Source: Vicugna vicugna (taxonomy: Eukaryota). Taken from it: 64,000 bases of DNA. The stretch spans positions 124,001-188,000 of the forward strand of contig MU058037.1 in the NCBI GenBank assembly GCA_013265495.1, read 5' to 3'. A program made the translations under genes and the position numbers. Below the pieces are notes generated by a model. It saw only the letters and a program-made list of their open reading frames with translations, was not told the DNA's origin and did no database searches. Within the stretch, counting starts at the first letter, position 1, and every line of letters starts with the position of its first letter. This document shows, piece by piece, positions 60,581-64,000 of this stretch.

Positions 60581-63500
60581 CTTTTTTTTTTGTCATGATC
60601 TTATGTGGGTTTGGATGAAAGGCAGGCTAAGAGTGCAGGGTGGATGAGTCCCACAACACTATATATCAGGTGCTCATTGTAATGCTGGCCCATAGTAGGT
60701 GACCATTCAAACAGCTCTCACCAGCATTTAACATGGGGATCAGTCTGGGTGAACTAACTACCCCAGGGTTTGTGTAGTAGATGGGACCAGCGGTTGTGGT
60801 CTGGATGGTGACAGGTGAATGGTCTTATTTTCGAGATGGTCATCTCTCTTGGAGCAGGATTCTAACCAGTGAGGACTGGTTTCCTCACCTTTCCGGCTCC
60901 TTTCTTTTCACTGCACATTCTGGACTTAATCCTAAACCTGAGAGTTAGACTTCTTGTGTCAACCAGACAGGTAGGAGATGATGGGGTGCAGGGTGATCTG
61001 CCTTCTGGCTGTATTGTAAATCTCAGGCTTCAGGTGCTATCTGACCTCACTGTCATGGCCAGGGGCTGTTAAGGGCTTAAAATCCCCTTGTATGGGAGAT
61101 GCAGGAAGCCTGAGGCCCTGTTTGTGTGTAGCTAGTTTGAATACAGTGGCAAGCCAGTGATAAAAATAAGGGAAGTGGGCCAGGAGTGGTGGTAGGGAAG
61201 AGTGAGGGCTGTGATGACAGGGAGTGTGCGTGCTCTGTCCAGAGAGGACAGCAGCTAAGGAGACCCAGATGCCTGGTGGCGTGTAGGCATGTAGCCTAGA
61301 GCTGCCAGCTTTTCTGACTTCAGAAGCCAGAACTCTAGGAGATTCTTCCCCTACTCCCCAGTGTGACATAACAAGTATTTTGAAAAGTTGTCAAACATTT
61401 TAAGTACCTCTTTAGGTTAAATTTGGCCTTTAAAGACCCTATTTTCACTTCTAAATGATGGCAACTTGAGCAAAGAATGAAAAATTCAATTACTGGGTAT
61501 TGATAATCATTTATCAATATGGATCTGTCTTGTTCCAGAGGCTTTTGATCCAATTCCCCAGCTTGGCTTTACTTATGTGGTAAGCAACAGATAATGATTC
61601 AACAACCGCTATTTTAATGTTCATTAAAATAGAACTGAGGGTGCTGCTCCAAGCTTGGTACAGAAATGGATCTAGATATGTATATTCTATATTGGATTCT
61701 ATCCTTCTCTCCTGCTTTTTTTCCTCCAACAATCACACTGAAATGAAATAATTTAACTGAAGGCTACTAATGGCATGTGGTGTTATTACAAATCTATGAC
61801 ACTAATTTAAGCATAGGAAAGTGAAGAGGGAACACCACTGGCTGAACAACAATGAGTAAATCTAGTCAACTGCTGTGAGTCTAAATGTTAGGTTCTGCTA
61901 CTTTTCTCTGGAGATACTGGTGAATATTCTTCCAAAATATTTAAGGCAAAAGAAAGAGACAAGAAGAAAGCAAAAGACAAAACTTCAAATGAATGAAAGA
62001 GAAGTGAAAAAGCAAATGTTGCCCTCTCTACTCCTGTTCCATTGTGCTGCTCTGGAGCTTGGTCACCTGAAGAGGGAGAAAGATAAACAGCATATACACA
62101 TAAGTGTGAAAACATTTGAATGTTACAGAAATCTCCAGAATGTGCAGCAGAGACATGTTAAAGCCAGATGACTCTTCATAAGTTACTAGCTCAAGATCTG
62201 AAGTCTTCCTTACTTATTTTAAAGGATTCTAACACCAAAATCCACAAATGCCAGTGTAAATAGGTCATATAAATTTCTTGAATCAAGGGCCAACCAATAC
62301 TACTTTCGACAACTCTCAATGTTTTTAACTATCAGAATCCTTTCTTAGGGTCTGTATTTTTTCTTTTTTTGTGGGTGTGACTCACCCAATTTACCAAGTT
62401 TTGAGAAATTTTAAAAATAAAATTCCCATTTTAAAAAATGGACTGAATACTTCAGACTAGGAGAAGCCAGTTTAGAAAGTATATACTTAAAACTCTCCTC
62501 AGCCAGGCAGAAACACTACGTGGCTGGGGCCACCTGGATCTGTATGTTCTGACTGTCTTGATGCTATGTAACCTGGGTGTTAGGGGATCTACAGGATTGC
62601 CTATCTGATCTTGAAAGACTTTGGGTTGCCTAGAGCTGGCCTTGGGATTGAATACTGTATAACTATATGAGATAGCTATCTCCTGCCTAAAGGCATCCTG
62701 AATCAACCAGAAGGCATTTTTCACCATTTACCATCTTAGACTTCTGAGCTACTGTATCCTTGCCTTTTGGTATTGAATTCCCCTTATTCCAAAAGCTCAG
62801 ACATTATTTAAGTAGTTGCTTATACTTTCTAAGAAGGTTTACTCTATCCTGTTCCAAGCCTCCTAAAATTGTTAGGATCCATGATTCATGTCTTCGAATT
62901 ATTTTAGTTCTAAGGACTTTTTAAACAAATCTTCACTAACTGTTCACCTTTTCCTTATCATTCTAAACGTTTCTTTATCCTGTCCTTCAAACAAATCTAC
63001 ATCTGTCCCCTTGGAGCCGACTGGTCGTGTATAATGAATTAGTTGGAGACTAAAATATGCCTGCTGCTTTGCTACTCAAAACAAACAAAAAAGCTCCCCC
63101 CCCAAAACGAGTTTCTTCCACGACCAAACTATGGATTTCGACTATCAGTCACTAAAGTTCTTAAACTTGACTTCTCTGAGCTTCATGCTGCTCATGTTTA
63201 CCTATAGCTCATCCTCCAATGGACAGAGCCCCATGTGAATGGGCCATCTGGTGTCCATAGATTCTTGGAGTTCCAGTGTCTGAGCACATAGCATGACTGC
63301 CCAGCATGGTTCTCTCTCTCTCTCTCACTATCTTGCTGGCCATACTTTCGCATTCCTGATTAGATGTCTGCTTTCAAATCCAGATATTAAGTCCAATAAC
63401 AAGTGTTATATAAGTTGTATTTGACATCCACAGAACTCTGTAGGCCACCAGATTATGGAGAACAGACACGTGCCTCACACTTTTAAACTCATGGTAGTCC

Positions 63501-63689
63501 CTCCTCTCAGTCTATAAAGGCCAAAACTATCCAGGGGTCAGGGGTAGAGAGAATTCAGTTACTTTGTATTTTCAAAATAACCATAAACTATTTTTTTTAC
63601 CCTTAAAATTTGAAGAATTCTTTGGCAGGGAGTTGTAGGACTTAGAAAAGTAGTTCTCCTACATATTCTGAGTACTAGTGAGAATATAA

Positions 63690-63950
63690 ATTAGTATAAT
63701 GTATCTAGAAAGAAATCTGGCAGTCATCGTATCTAGTTATTCCCTTTCCAGGAATTTGACATAAGGGAAATTATGTTAATGTCAATAAAAGTATCTGTAC
63801 AAGACCAATTTTATTGATAATAAAAAGAAATGAGCAACAAACAAATAGAACAGTTATTCTATAGTAGTCTATGGAGTACTGGGCACTCATTAAGAATCAT
63901 ATTTTGATAATATTTGGGGAAAATAATCATGTTATTGCAAATAAGGAAGA
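63690..63950 (+). mobile_element. Old L1 (L1ME-like) fragment
   Basis: Degenerate: gaaatctggcagt...attccctttccaggaattt...tatggagtactgggcactcattaagaat. Confidence 0.55.
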
Positions 63951-64000
63951 TACAAAAGTAAAGTGTGATGCTAGTCTTATAAAAACACATAACTTTTCTT

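Overview
This is mammalian genomic DNA, probably camelid, based on a vic-1-like tRNA-derived SINE at 50394-50543 and cetartiodactyl-type L1 3' ends. The only host protein-coding sequence is the 3' end of PTCHD1 coding exon 1 on the minus strand (567-662, [32 protein letters not shown], then a GT donor). Its start codon is hidden in an N-run. A ~4 kb CpG island promoter follows. The remaining ~60 kb is non-coding, gene-poor upstream DNA, the interval that in human (Xp22.11) carries the divergent lncRNA PTCHD1-AS. It is dense in old repeats (MIR, L2, L3, MaLR/ERV LTRs, hAT and Tigger MITEs) with a few younger L1s, including a ~4.8 kb TSD-flanked L1 with an internal deletion. I found no prokaryotic-type system, CRISPR array or new protein-coding gene, and I do not claim a novel biological system. 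The best leads are regulatory: a near-canonical REST/RE1 site ~6.6 kb upstream of PTCHD1, a CTCF-like motif at the CpG island edge, three POU plus TCF-like motif blocks, and candidate plus-strand lncRNA exons. One N-run also matches the canonical length of the sequence it hides, so the Ns may be masked bases rather than estimated gaps. Repeat family names come from recalled consensus sequences, not a RepeatMasker run, and boundaries are approximate unless TSDs or TIRs are quoted.
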